Shown: in pieces, positions 26,401 to 39,200 of the stretch
Numbering within the stretch: the stretch's first letter is position 1
How the letters are laid out: every line of letters begins with the position of its first letter
DNA from: Lepidodermella squamata
Lineage: Eukaryota > Animalia > Gastrotricha
Direction of reading: 5' to 3'
Assembly (NCBI GenBank): GCA_047495785.1
Contig: JBLDXI010000042.1
Span: forward strand, 806,001-870,000
Length of the DNA: 64,000 nucleotides
The notes under the pieces: model-generated
The model's input: only the letters and a program-made list of their open reading frames with translations
Told to the model about the DNA's origin: nothing
The model's database searches: none
Made by a program: the position numbers and the translations under genes

Positions 26401-29400
26401 GAGAGGGTGAGGTCGAGCTTGCTGTTGGCCACTTCCAAATAACCGGCCACTGGACTGATAGTGAGCGAGGAGACTTGAAAATCGAATGGGCCAGTATCGT
26501 AGGCAGCAGTTTGTATAGTACCTCCGATTTGATTCCCGCTGATATCATTCAGGCCGTAAGTCTGGGTGAGCGGGAGGAACGCCAAGTCGAGTGGAAGTCC
26601 AAAGAAAGTTTCTGAAAAAAATATCAAGTATTTTTTCGAGGCAGAATTTCAAAAACTAACGCTGCTTGCACGTATCCAAATTGATGTAAGGCGAATTGAT
26701 CGATGGCGTCTGAGTTCGCGAGAAATATGAGAAAATAGTCACTCATCGACTCGGAGCTTACCCAATCTTGAGGGCAGTAGCCTGCGATGCATTTAGCGGC
26801 CATCAGCAGCTGGTTCACGCACAGGTTGTACTATTGGAAATTTGAAAAATAACAAAATACGTATTATCAACTAGGTCAAAAGTTATTGAAACTTGAAATT
26901 ATACACAAAATATGGAATAAAATTACATAAAATTACATAAAACGAAAAAATTACCGGCATAGCTGCTAGGCATGCAGCGTAATTGTCCGAGAAATTGCCA
27001 TTCGAGTAGACGCCATACTAGAAACAAAGTATAGGTTGAAAAAATTCGCTTGAACACTTGTGCGATCCTGCATCCTGGAGCTACCAGGGTTGGAAAACAT
27101 TTGTTGCAGTATTTGCCAAAAAAACGAGGAAAGCGAGGAAATTTTCCAGATTTTATCCGCTAAAACAGGCTCTGAAACCTCTCGAAAATGACAAAACAGT
27201 AAGCTAAATTCTCATGTTCTCGTCCGGTCTGGCTGAGCAGGGGAGGAATGATAAGTCGCATACGTCATTAAATTTACCGAAGATAATCCCTGCGGACAAG
27301 TCGGCGAATCTTGGCATACTCCAGCTGCAGCACATTGATAAGCGCTCTACAAAGAAAAATATGTAAAGCCTTAATATTCGCATATAGATTCGAGGTCGAA
27401 CCGAGGTCATACACGCGCTCCCGAACGAAAAGCTAGCACTTCCAATCTGAAAAATTGCTCAAAAATATTAAGCTATCCAGATTTGTTGAAGCATCAACCA
27501 TCAACTAACATTAATCAGAGGATTCGGGCAAGACGGACCGATGTAGCAGCCTTTGAATGCTGTAGCGTTATCGTAACAGTGTACATACTCGACAGCTAGT
27601 AAAACAAGACTCAATGAATCGATAAAGTCTTACCAGTGTTGGGGATTTGATTTGAAATCAAAATCAAAATCAAATCTCTCTTCCTCTAAAATCATTTCAT
27701 GATCCCAAAATCAAATCTCAAAACACTGAAATCAAATCCCAAAATCGTAGAAATCTCTGGAAATCCCAAAAACCCTTGGAAAACAAGTCCATACCCGAAA
27801 CTTGGACCATCGTTATCAGGTTTTTACTTGGAGCATTGATAATTACTCACATTAAATCACTTCTCACCGAAGCATGAGCAAAGTTTGAAGAAATTAGGTC
27901 CATTTTGATGTCAAATAAGAAGTTTTTGACCAGGAGGGGTTTAACCCCATAAAAACTGACGTTTCTTAGGATTATCACGGCAGTTTGCGCATACGGATCA
28001 CTATTTTTCTCACGATGTTCATTGCCGTATTTGATTTTGAAATCCCTAAAATCTAGTTTTTTCGCGCCAATCAAATCTTTCTTTTTTGAAATCAATCCCT
28101 GAAATCAAATCACAGTCAAAAATGGTCCAAAATCGTGAAAATCAAAATCTGAAAAATCAAATCCCCAACACTGAGTCTTACGCATGAAAACCAACTTTTG
28201 CAAATATTGAATGAGCCATAAGCAGCACCATCCAAACCAGCAATCTGAAAAATTTGATCACGCCAGTGGGAATTATGACAAAGGGTTGACTACTAACAGT
28301 CGACGCTGGACAAGTCGTGTTGACGGGTACGCAAATGGAGAGGAAATTTGTATTAGAATCGAGACACCGTTCATGTTTTCCCTTGAAGAGCAAAGAAAAA
28401 TGAAGAGACGCATTAGATTCATTTTCCTACCTGGATCAAAGCTACACATGCTTGGAAATTCGTCGCGAATTGCGTCGAGTTCGATCCGATACTGCCAAAC
28501 TGAAAAATTTGAAAAAAAACGACCTTGAAATTCCAAAATATTACACCAAAATTTAAAAAATGAATTTAATGAAAATTAAACCCATCGAAATTTTTAAATT
28601 TCCTGAAATCGTATTACGTCAGTTTTGTTAGAGCAGGAATCAATGCAGCTACCACCAGTTGTAGAATCGTAGCACATTTTGATTGCCTGTTGAAACAAAT
28701 GATTGAAAAGCCTCAATTTTTGATACTCAAAGTCTAGTATACCCCAGTTTCACAAGACGATTTCGTCGAGAATATGGCCTCGCCAGGTGTCTGTCAATTA
28801 TAGACGTTCAAATGTCGGAGAGGAGCATCTAAAAAAATATACATCAGTTCCATTGCATGCGAGCTGAGCAGGCTTGCATCCGGAGAATGTCAACCCGGCT
28901 GAGCCGAAGCAGCGCCGATGTGGGAAGAAAGACTGCGGAGCTGGAAAACAGTAACATTTATTCTAAACAGGTTGTAATTCAATTCTAGTTTAACAAACCT
29001 GATTGGCATTCGCCGAGGTTTGAGAATGTAATGCCAGTCGAAAATTGGTTGGTACTGCCAACTGGGCAATTCTCGGTGCCATCAGTGGGTATGCATTTGA
29101 CAAGCGAATAGGTTTGCGAGTTCAGGCAGAATTGATGCGGTTTCTAAATCCAGTGGATGAATCTTAAGAAATTCAATCAACTCATGGAATGTACCTTGTA
29201 TATTGGGAGATAACTCAGGCATTGAGCATAATTTTCGCCGAAATCTTTTCCGCTGTTAAAAGTTGTAACCTGAAACAAGGAATTGAAGCGATTTTTTACA
29301 TCTCAATCTCCTATACCAGGCTCATCGAAGATCGGCATATTCCCTGGCAAAGAAATTCTGATGCAGACTTGCATAAGGCTGCAGGCTGTAATAGAAAGAC

Positions 29401-30591
29401 GTGGATATTTTTCCAAGTCTACAATTTGCCACTGCGACCAACCCCAGCATTGCAACGTATTTTGTCATTATAGGTTCCAGTGCTGATAGCCTGGAAAGAT
29501 AAAAATAGAAAATCAAAATCAAAATTCCTGGTTGAAAATAAGAAATATTATAAAAAACCAGTTAACCCAATATTTGAAGATTTGAATTTCATAACAAAAT
29601 ACCCAACCGTCAACCTTGGCTTCCAATTTCTGGCAAATTATATATTCTAGCCGTTCTGTTTCGCTAAGAATTTAGAGCGAAGGTAAAGGATTTATCACCT
29701 GTGACTGGGTGGTAGCGTTGCATCCAGGAGTAGCCAACAGGCAGCCAGCAAATGACCCATCCGTTTTCGAGAAGCACCGAACGTGCGGCGAATAATCAGG
29801 AGCTTTCGAAGCTTCAATACAATTGAACATGTAACAAAGTGAACAAATTGAACGAGAAACCTTTGATTCGCGATAAGCAGTCGGACAAAGTGATTATGGG
29901 GTATAATTCACGCTGAAATACATTACAGGCAAAATTGAATTGAGATAGACTGAAGAGTACCAAACTCACCCAGCCAGTTGGACATTGGCTTTCGATTGGG
30001 ACACAGGTCATGGCAGAGCTGTTGCCACACTGCGTCGCTGGGTTGTCCTGCGCAGCAAAATACACTGCATTCAAAATTCAATGAAAAATATCCCAAAACG
30101 AACCATATAAGGTCGAATTTGGACGAGGCAAGCTCCATATTGCGGCCTAAATTTCACACCCGTAAAATCCAAATGCTGTTGGGAATCAACATAATTTTTG
30201 AATTAATCATTCAAGTAAAAAATTACCGGAATTTCGTCCTTTGAACAAGAAACCAGTTTGGGAAGGCATCTCAAAGTGAACAGTTGTGGGTTGTAGCAGC
30301 TGTGGGCTGACTGAATCATAAGCCTTGAAAATTTCTACCAACACCCTCATAATATCAACTCACGCCTTGTGTACAACTCGTGTAATCAGGGAGCGCTGGG
30401 CCAAGCTATTTCCATTAATTTGAGGCAAGCTGTAATGAATAGGCCAAGCTTACCTGGAATTCTTCGAATAGGTCACAGTCAGATTTGCAGTCAACGAATG
30501 CGTCGTTCCATCTTGAAAAGCATCGCTTGAATAAACAGTCAACGCTGCTAAAAGCGAGCGTGGCTAGCAAAAGGAATTCTGAAAAAATCAT
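23411..30591 (-). CDS. Family member A4: signal peptide + 12 four-Cys repeats + 2 LamG/ConA-like domains; 26 exons, apparently intact
   Basis: ATG at 30591 (MIFSEFLLLATLAFSSVDCLFKRCFSRWNDAF...). Same exon series as A1. Large exons lie within ORFs 26100-26627 and 23602-24453. Ends ...QLRIVEINCAAFSIPEMR* at 23411. Confidence 0.82.
25845..26089. mobile_element. hAT-type MITE in an A4 intron
   Basis: TIR cagtgccggattttcc / ggaaaatccggcactg. TSD ggtaacag on both sides. Confidence 0.9.
27634..28173. mobile_element. hAT-type MITE in an A4 intron; related internal fragment at ~41325-41535
   Basis: TIR cagtgttggggatttgattt / aaatcaaatccccaacactg. TSD agtcttac. Many aaatc subterminal repeats. Confidence 0.9.
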
Positions 30592-30844
30592 AGTAATTTC
30601 TGCGGTCGAAAATTGTTTGAATGAATAGTTTTATAAATTGTGTGGATTTCACGTCTTTTTTAAACGTGGCGTTCCTTGGTCGCGTGCTGTGAAAAATAGA
30701 TGCTCTCATTTCCAACGACATTGAACTGCTCGAACTCTTTTCAAGATAACGCGGTCTATTTTTAACCAGGTTAAAAATAATACAAACCAAAAATAATAAT
30801 TTTATTTGTAAACTTCAAATTTATTGCCCTATATAGAAGGGCCA

Positions 30845-31078
30845 GCATGAGTTGCAAGCGTTGAAAGTGTTACGAGAAAGGCGACGGTGAAACTGCCACT
30901 GTTAAGCTTTATCTTATCATCAGAGATTACCAGTGCATCGCTCGAGTTGAAATAGAATGCTGTGTTCGAGATACAAAACGGTTCAGGGACCGAAGACAGA
31001 GGCGAGCTTGGGACGGAGAAGTTAGCAGTCGGATCGACGCGGTCATTCAAATCGGAAACCAACGGCCAAATAGCTATT
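30845..31078 (-). pseudogene. Orphan fragment of the family's second LamG domain
   Basis: IAIWPLVSDLNDRVDPTANFSVPSSPLSSVPEPFCISNTAFYFNSSDALVISDDKIKLNSGSFTVAFLVTLST aligns to A1, A4 and B1. Confidence 0.85.
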
Positions 31079-32336
31079 CGTTCGATGACAGCAGAATAAA
31101 AGAATAAATAAAAGAATATCAGTTATTAATGCAGCAAGGCGCTTTGTGCCAGAACTCTTCGGGCGACCTCTACGACGTGAGGCGTGTTGTTCGCGAGCTT
31201 CGGGTTCGGCAACATCTATGGGACGCTAGCCGTAGATTTATCTCTTTATCCCTTATTTATCTCTTGAATGATCGTTTCAATGTTTCCGGAGAGAGTGGAT
31301 TTTACCGGCGGAAAAAAGTGCACACGGAGTTGAAATTAACCGGAATTATTTACTCCGGAGTTAATATAATCTGTTACACCGGCAATAAGCGGTAACTTTT
31401 CAAACGCACAAACTTTCAACTTTCAAGGGAAAGAAACATTCCAGAATTCGATGTAGCATTTAGCGCGAAAATAATCAAATAATCAAGCAATTTGAGGAAA
31501 TTACCCCAAATTCACCGAAAATAGCTCGTGCAATCGGTGCGCGCTTTCATAATTTTTTAGGTAAAATTTGAATTTTACGCGCGCACTATTTCTATTCATT
31601 CGACAAGAACAAAATACATGATAATCCAAATTTTGTCAAGTTTTTCGACAACAAAAACTGCCTAAATTTAAGCTTTTTTATTTTCTTGAAAGCATTTTGC
31701 TGACTTAGCGCAGGGCGCAGTGGTCTTTGCTCTCGTCCGCACGCACGAAGGCTGTAATTATCTTAGTTTCAGCAGCTTAAGGTTTATCGGTTGCAGGTAG
31801 ATGAGAAAGAGAACATGAGTGCAGGAACAGGTGAGAAGACAGAGAGCAACTAAAATCACAGAGGATGAAAAGAAGAGCGGGAACAGGGATGATGAGCAGA
31901 AAGAAACAGAGACAGAAGGAAGGAACAGAAAGAAATTCCGAGAAAAACAGAACAGAGGATAACTGAAGGACGGACGCCCTCGATTTGTTCGCGAAGAGTT
32001 AGGACGTGTCGGCAGGCATTCTCGGCGTAGCGGCTTTGAACTTGGGAGAAGAACTCGGAAAGGCTAGGCAGGCGACAACTCGGTGGTGCGAACACGGTCA
32101 GCGAGGCGAAGTAAAGCGCAACTGTTGCTTTGTTGCAGCGGACGAAAAGACGACACAGCCGAAAGAGGCGATCGTGCGGACGAGAGCGAGTTAGCTAGCA
32201 CGACGCCAGCGGAAGGAGAGCCCAGGAAATGGCACAGATTTCTGCACTCCGCTAAGTAGCCTAGCGAAGCGAGCGGTTAACGGTGATCCGTTCCGGTACG
32301 AGGACCCAACCGAACCGGACGGGTTCAGTTCTAGAT

Positions 32337-32576
32337 TCGCCAAAACCAGGCAGCGAGATGAAGCGGAGTTACTCCATTTTCATCTACAGCGACTACATTG
32401 GCTTTGAATTCGTTTACTAACAGGCGCATAACTTCGATTCTCTCTCTTTGAGCGGCTTCATGCAGCGAGGTTTCGCCATTTTTATCTACACCGTCTACAT
32501 TGGCTTTGAACTCGTTAACTAAAAGACGCATAACTACGATTCTCCCTGCATAAGCAGCGTCATGCAGCGGTGTTTC
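32337..32576 (-). pseudogene. Ankyrin-repeat exon fragment (about 2.5 repeats), truncated
   Basis: After a ttcag acceptor: ETPLHDAAYAGRIVVMRLLVNEFKANVDGVDKNGETSLHEAAQRERIEVMRLLVNEFKANVVAVDENGVTPLHLAA, with TPLHxAA motifs at a 34-aa period. Confidence 0.85.
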
Positions 32577-32697
32577 CTGAAGGTCTTATTTATTTTTTTA
32601 AATTCAAACTCCTCAAGAAAATATGAGTACTTATATTTTCTTGAAGATTTTGAATTTAAAAAAATAAATAAAAATTAATAAATAATAAAGAAATAAA

Positions 32698-33230
32698 GAA
32701 ATGACCGTTAACACTTTAAATGCCAAAAATAGACTGCGAGGTCCGATATTTGGGTCTAATTCCTAAGTCTGTCAAAAAGTCTTTTATTTCGGGTCAACGA
32801 TGCGTCGAGGGGCAAAATGCCTGACGGCAAAGTGTAGGCCAAGACCTGGCGGTTCTTTTGACACCGAATTTGGGGCCAAATACTTCAAGGAACGCACAGA
32901 AATCAAACTTGAAAAACAGTGAAATTTCGATTGTTGCGCCATAATCTGGGTCTAATGATTAGGTCCAACTCTTGGGTCTGATTTTTGGCTCTAATCCAAA
33001 ATTTTCGACGATATTTCACTGTCATTTTCAATGACCTGCTCAGACCTTGTGGCCCCGAATTCGGTGTCAAAAGAACCGCCAGGTCTTGGCCTACACTTTG
33101 CCGTCAGGCATTTTGCCCCTCGACGCATCGTTGACCCGAAATAAAAGACTTTTTGACAGACTTAGGAATTAGACCCAAATATCGGACCTCGCAGTCTATT
33201 TTTGGCATTTAAAGTGTTAACGGTCATTTC
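32698..33230. mobile_element. Foldback MITE with ~180-bp near-perfect inverted arms
   Basis: gaaatgaccgttaacactttaaatgcc...gacaccgaatttggggcca is mirrored at ~33050-33230. Confidence 0.88.
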
Positions 33231-33333
33231 ATTCAACTTATTTGTACAACTTCAACTTCTTATTGCTATCAATTTTTACTGTTTTTACATTAGTATTCAC
33301 TTATTATTAGATGGCACGATACAAGGCAAAAAA

Positions 33334-34169
33334 AATGGACGAGGCTATTCGGACACAGCGAAATGTGTGTCACGCAATGGCTATTGGAACACATTGTGTG
33401 CGCGCTTTTCGCTATTTGAACACACTGTGTATGCGTGATTGGCTACTTGAACACAACGGTGTGTGCGCGGAAGTGGCTATTCGAACACACTCCTCGAAGT
33501 CGAGGAATAACGGTAATAGGCGAGCGAGAAGACGGTAATTAACCGGATTTAAGACGGATTTAGCGTTTTTAGCATAATTTCAAAGACTATCCCCGCTAGT
33601 GTCATGTATTCTCGATTTTAAACCTATCTTCACCGCCCGCGTCTCCAATGGTATCAAGGGGTCTCACCTAGCCGCGCGCTTCCAAGACCGCCGGCAAGCC
33701 AAATTGAAATTAAACCGAAAGCTGACGTCCGGAGGAGTCAAGTTCGAGCTATCAAATCGCTAATTATCAGTTGCAATCACGCCGCGCAGCAGCATTTTAT
33801 CGGAATTTCGGCCAGACTCGATGGCCGGGACCCAAAGTCAAAGAGAGCGGCCTTTATTGCTTTATTGCTTCATTGCTTCATCGCCTTTCTTGCTGATGCT
33901 AATGCGCGCTCAGATTTTGGACCGGGTATTTTCCCGTTATGCTGGTATTTCGAATTTTCGCAGTTTTAGCATTTTCCGGACTAACAAAAAGTTGTTAAAA
34001 TCCGGATTTTGGTGATTAGCAGGTGACTTAGGATGCTGTGTTCAAATAGCCGAATGCGCGCACACACCACTTCACGCCCACTTGTGTTCGAGTAGCCAGT
34101 CACGCACACACACTGTGTTCGAATAGCCATTGCGTGACACACAATTTTGTGTCCGAATAGCCACATCCA
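33334..34169. mobile_element. MITE-like element with arrays of inverted subterminal repeats
   Basis: Repeated ggctattcgaacaca-like units at the left end and tgtgttcgaatagcc-like units at the right end. Boundaries are approximate. Confidence 0.7.
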
Positions 34170-36216
34170 AAAAAAATACCTTCCGCATGTTAGTTGACGT
34201 AAATTGCTGCATTTTTGTTGCACCGGTATAGCCGGTTGTTCTGGCGGTAACTTACCGCCAGTACTTGAACATATGGATATGGTACTGATACTGAATACTG
34301 AAATGGACCTGATTCAATACACTTTATTTGTATACTGCTGAAATGCTGTTTTGTTTTATTACACTCATAGAGAACGTTGTGATCAGAGTGCGCACTCACG
34401 ATGCTAAATTGAAACAAAAAATAAATGAAAAACCCCTCCTTAATTCTAAATGCCGAATTTTTCGAAAACCTTGGATAGCTCTTTTACATGCAAATTTTGA
34501 TTTTTTCGATGATTTTTACTTGAAATCGGCCGTTTTATATTTCTTTCTCATTATATGCATCACGTAGATCCTTTCTCGCTCTATCGCTTCCTGAAAATCC
34601 CACCATGCCGAAATTTTCGTATCATGAGTTATCCGACTTACAAATGCAAACACTTTAGCGACCTGTTGCACCGAAAAACGAGCTGTTCACCTTATCAGAA
34701 GCGTTAATCAGGTGGAATGTTATAGTTATTGCAAAGATCAAGGCACAAGGAGTAAATTGATATATGAACGGCGTTCGTAGCTATCATGGTTGTCGAGAAA
34801 CACAGTCTCTAACTCTTCGACCAAAAATGCAAATTTTCGAAATGCGCTTTCAAAAACCTGAATTATTGGCATACACTCGTAATTTGCTGCACTGCACACA
34901 CTAATGATAACCTCACGCACTCAGTTGTATCTCATTTAGGGTATTTGAAGGTCAGGAATCTAGCTGAAAGCTCAAAACAGCAGACCAAGTTATACCAGTG
35001 TCTCCACAGGAGCCTGAAATTGAATGAGTTTCCCAAGATTCAGTTGCCACACTAGATTCCCCCGTTTTTTGCCGATAATGGAAGCGAGTTATAGGTCTGA
35101 AACCGAAATATTTGGAAAGCTCATATAAAATTAGTTCAGGAAGGCTAAACAACGAACTCAGCACGCTTTGTAATAAAACTGAAAAATCGCTGTAGAAATA
35201 TTTAACTTTCAAAGCTCAATTTTCAATTGCTCCGAAAAATCAGAATAAAATGCGCTGAAGTTCAAGACTCATTTTGCACGCATAGCGTGACCAAAATTAT
35301 GAGTTTTATATATCAGCGGAAAGCTTGTTTCATGAAGAATCTTACAATATCCAAACCGGGACAATGGTAGTTACTAGTAACTGCTAATAGCCCCGTTTAC
35401 TGCTAATAGCGTTAACTGCTAATAGCCTAAGTGAGTGAGGGCGACCTCATAGGGGTATTTCTAATCCTAATTCTATAACTTTGTTTCTACTACAACACTT
35501 TTCCTGTCCCAAATGTGATCCTGCATGTGATCCTGTCCTGCAATTATATGTTGTTTTCCTTATACTTTGTCAAGCTTCCCTCTTTGGGTGTAATAGCTTC
35601 TAAATAAATAAATAAATAGATAAATAAATGGATCGGACATCGGACAGTTTTTTTCGATCGCTTAACTTTTACCGCCTGACGTCATAAAAACAAGCCCAGA
35701 GGTTCCTTCTGCCGCGCTGCCAACGACATGCAGTAGTATTCCCACTCGGATTTTGCCTGTTCGCCACACGTAACCCATAATTGTGGCACCGAAGTTTGTT
35801 GCGACACTCTCGCCATTTCAGTCAAATCAAAAGACTAAAATTACCTGGCTTCATCAAAGCGAGAACAATCGAACAAGGAGATTCAAAATGTCGGTTACTC
35901 AAATCAACTGCAAACAGTCTGGAAATTTCTATACTGTAAAGATTGTTCAGGTGCTTGCTTGCCTTGTCGTGTTGCCTTGTCGTGTTAAGAAGAAAGCCGC
36001 TATTGGAAACTTTCCATTCAAATGTTGTTTGCCATTAGTATGTTAATAAGTTTATTGATCGACATTCTGATTATCCAATGTTAGTTAATGTTTGTTATGA
36101 GGAGTAAATAACATCATGCCATTTGCATTATGTTGTCAAGAGTTAATCTAAAATCAAAATGTCGGTAAGATTGTTGACTAAGATTTTAGACGTCAGTATA
36201 GTCCACAGCCATCGTT

Positions 36217-39200
36217 TTAGCGCATGCCTGGAACTGAGAAAGCGGCGCAATTGATTTCGACGATTCGCAGCTGGCCAAAAGTGAGAACTTGGTTGAAGAT
36301 GTTCACGCAAGACAAACCCCCATTTAGCTGCTCTTGCGGATCGGCCCATGATCTGACATAACGACGATCAATTGGTAAAATTTAGATGACTTATAAACGA
36401 AAACTTACCGGCCTAGAGTGAATTGACCACTTGCTGTGATAAGCCGCTTGCCACCCCCTAGCGGGAAATTTTTCCTGTTAATATACATACCGATGCCATT
36501 GTTTGTCAAATTGTAAGTGACAGCTATTAACGACCACCCGCTTTCCATATTAGCGGAGAGTATAACTGTATCCCTGCCATATGGTCGGACTTTGAAGGAA
36601 GAACTTGGCTCTGCTGTTAATTTGAGTCCCAATGTCGTCCCATCAGGCGCGTATTCAAGTATCGTCTTGTTCTCTTGCTCTGAAATCGTGGCGAAAAGAG
36701 TTAAGGTGACACTGCCGGTGGTCAGCTTTACTTTCTCAGCATTCACAACTATAGGATCACTAGATGAGTAAACGAAGGCAGTGTTCGCTACGCCAAAAGG
36801 CCCCTCAGCTTGTGCGAGGGTTGTGCTTGGAGGCGTTGCATCGGCTCTAGGGTCGACAACGTCGTTGAAATCAGACACCAGCGGCCAAATGGCTATGTTA
36901 GAAGGCAAGAGGGCGGTCAATGCTTCAGGAAGCCAAGTTTTCGCGGCGTGAATTTGTAGACACCTCTTCCTCAGAATCCATAATTGAGGCATCGATAGAG
37001 CTAGATCGAAAATCGATAGGCAAGTTATTTGGCCTTGAAGACGACTGGTGTCGGCGATATTTGACCCAACATTCATTTGATTGCTCGAAATGACTTGCGG
37101 TGAAACAGGCCACACAAAACTTAGGCCGTCGCAAACAATTGTCGCTTGATTCAATATCCTGTCGTATGAGATCGCGATGAAGACCCAGGTTTGAGCCCGG
37201 CTTATTGACTTGCAATTGAACGTATTTGAAGAATTGTCACTCCCTGTCAACAACAATTAATGCTGCGAGCACTACAGATTAAGTGATAAGAGATTACAGG
37301 TGACTCGAATCGACGCTTACTGTAAATTTACCAAATTCGAAAGATGAGACGACCTAGCTAATTGCTAATAATGACAAAATTGGTGAGCTTTGAGATGGAA
37401 ATACGAAAAGTAATCAATTGAAGGCTACTTTGCCCCATTTTTCGAGGTATAATTTCTGTAGCCCGGGTTAGTATTTCGGTAACTATTTTAGATCCTAAAT
37501 TCACCTGCGTTTATTTTCAAATCGTTCGACCCAGGATTGTAATAGATTTGGAATAGCGTTGAGTCGAACTCAATGACTGGCATATCGGTTTGAGAGATTG
37601 CCGCAAAGCCGACGTAAGCAGAGATTGTGAATGAACTGACGAGCACGAGCTTGCTAGCTGCAACTTGCACATAACCGGTTGAGTTTCCGACAGACAGTGC
37701 TGCGTTGGGATAGCCGAATGGTCCAGTTACATAAGATGGAGAGGAGGCACCAACGACCGCAGTTCCAATATTATTGCCGCTGATATCGCGGATGCCGTAT
37801 TCCTGCGTTAGAGGGAAAAAGGCCAGATCGAGGGGTATCCCGAAAGGATTCTCTGTAAGAGGAAGTTAAGTCTCCGTGAAGATTTATTATCAATCAAACT
37901 CACGCTGGTGGCACTCTTCCATGGTGGCGAATATGGTGCCATTGGCTTGCGTCTAAATTGCCACAATATGAAAACTCGTATTCACAATAGATCATTCTTA
38001 CCATATTTTGAGGACAGTTATCCGCCACGGAAATGCACATGACCGCCATCAGGAGCTGATTTGTGCATAGCTTGTACTAAAGAAATTTGTATTATTTTAT
38101 ATTGTTTTTTCTGCAATTTACAGTTGAAAAGTTGGGAAATTTAGATTATTCTTAAAACAACTACTTGCGCAAGCGAGCGAACTCAATTTCTTTAAATTTG
38201 AACATTGGTTCGTTTACCATGCTTTCGAGTTATCTCTTTAGAAAATGTTATTTTTCAAGCAATTACCCGAATTTCTGTTGCCTCCATCTTACAGGCGTCG
38301 TGATTTTCCTTGAAGGACGTTGAGCTGCGATAGACTGCACCCTAACATCAAGAAATGGCGTCACAAGTCCGTTATCGAGTTGAATTACTTGCTTACCCGG
38401 GTACCTTTGGGAAAGACTCCATAGCACTGTTTCCCATTGCTTGTGTCACATCGGACTGCTCTCTATCAATAGGCGTAATCAACAAATGCGATCAGTCATC
38501 ATCAAACAACAAATTAATACAAAATGTACGAATTTCGAAAATGACAAAAAACTACGATGAAGGAATAGGCCATAGAGAACGGGGTCACTATCTTCTTCAT
38601 CTCTGGAAATTTGAATGATGGGATAATTAAATAAATAGTCAAAAATAATTGGATTTAATCTGGAAATAATATACCCTCAATAATCCCACTGATTTATGTT
38701 CACCTAAATTATTAGGGTATCAGGGGAAGCGAATTTTGAAACCTTTTCCCTCTATTATACCGCAACCCATGCTTAAAAATGAGCGCAAATAGCCTCATAT
38801 CGTATACTGATGGAAATATGGAAAAAGAGATCAACCATCAATCAATCTTCTTACATACCTTGCCGTTTCTCCAAAAATGTGTTCCGAGACACACGGGGAA
38901 GTCCAGCGAATAGAGCAGAGGAAGATCTACTCAGTTCACTCACAATTTTAGCGATTCAAAAACGACCCATCGCCGAAAGAAATTCGAGAAAATTGGCAAT
39001 TTTACGCATAAAAACAATGAAGAGCAAAAATTCAAATTTATCAACTTTTTTATGGTGGATTTTTTCACTCGATATTTAAAATTAATTCGTTGCCATTACG
39101 AGATAGGAAGTTTCCTCTCTGATCACTACGTTCTCTATGAAATAGGCATTCGATTTTGGGGTGAATAAAATAGAAGACAGTTTCAAGTAGGAAAGGCGAA

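Noticed and set aside
33340-33490. CRISPR-like spaced repeats (ggctattcgaacaca)
   Set aside because: Eukaryotic context, short repeats mirrored at the other end of a MITE, no cas genes.
36143-36349. ORF MGRSARAAKW...
   Set aside because: Wrong frame of B1's last exon. Phase-2 splicing gives the conserved SWADPQ...PGMR frame.
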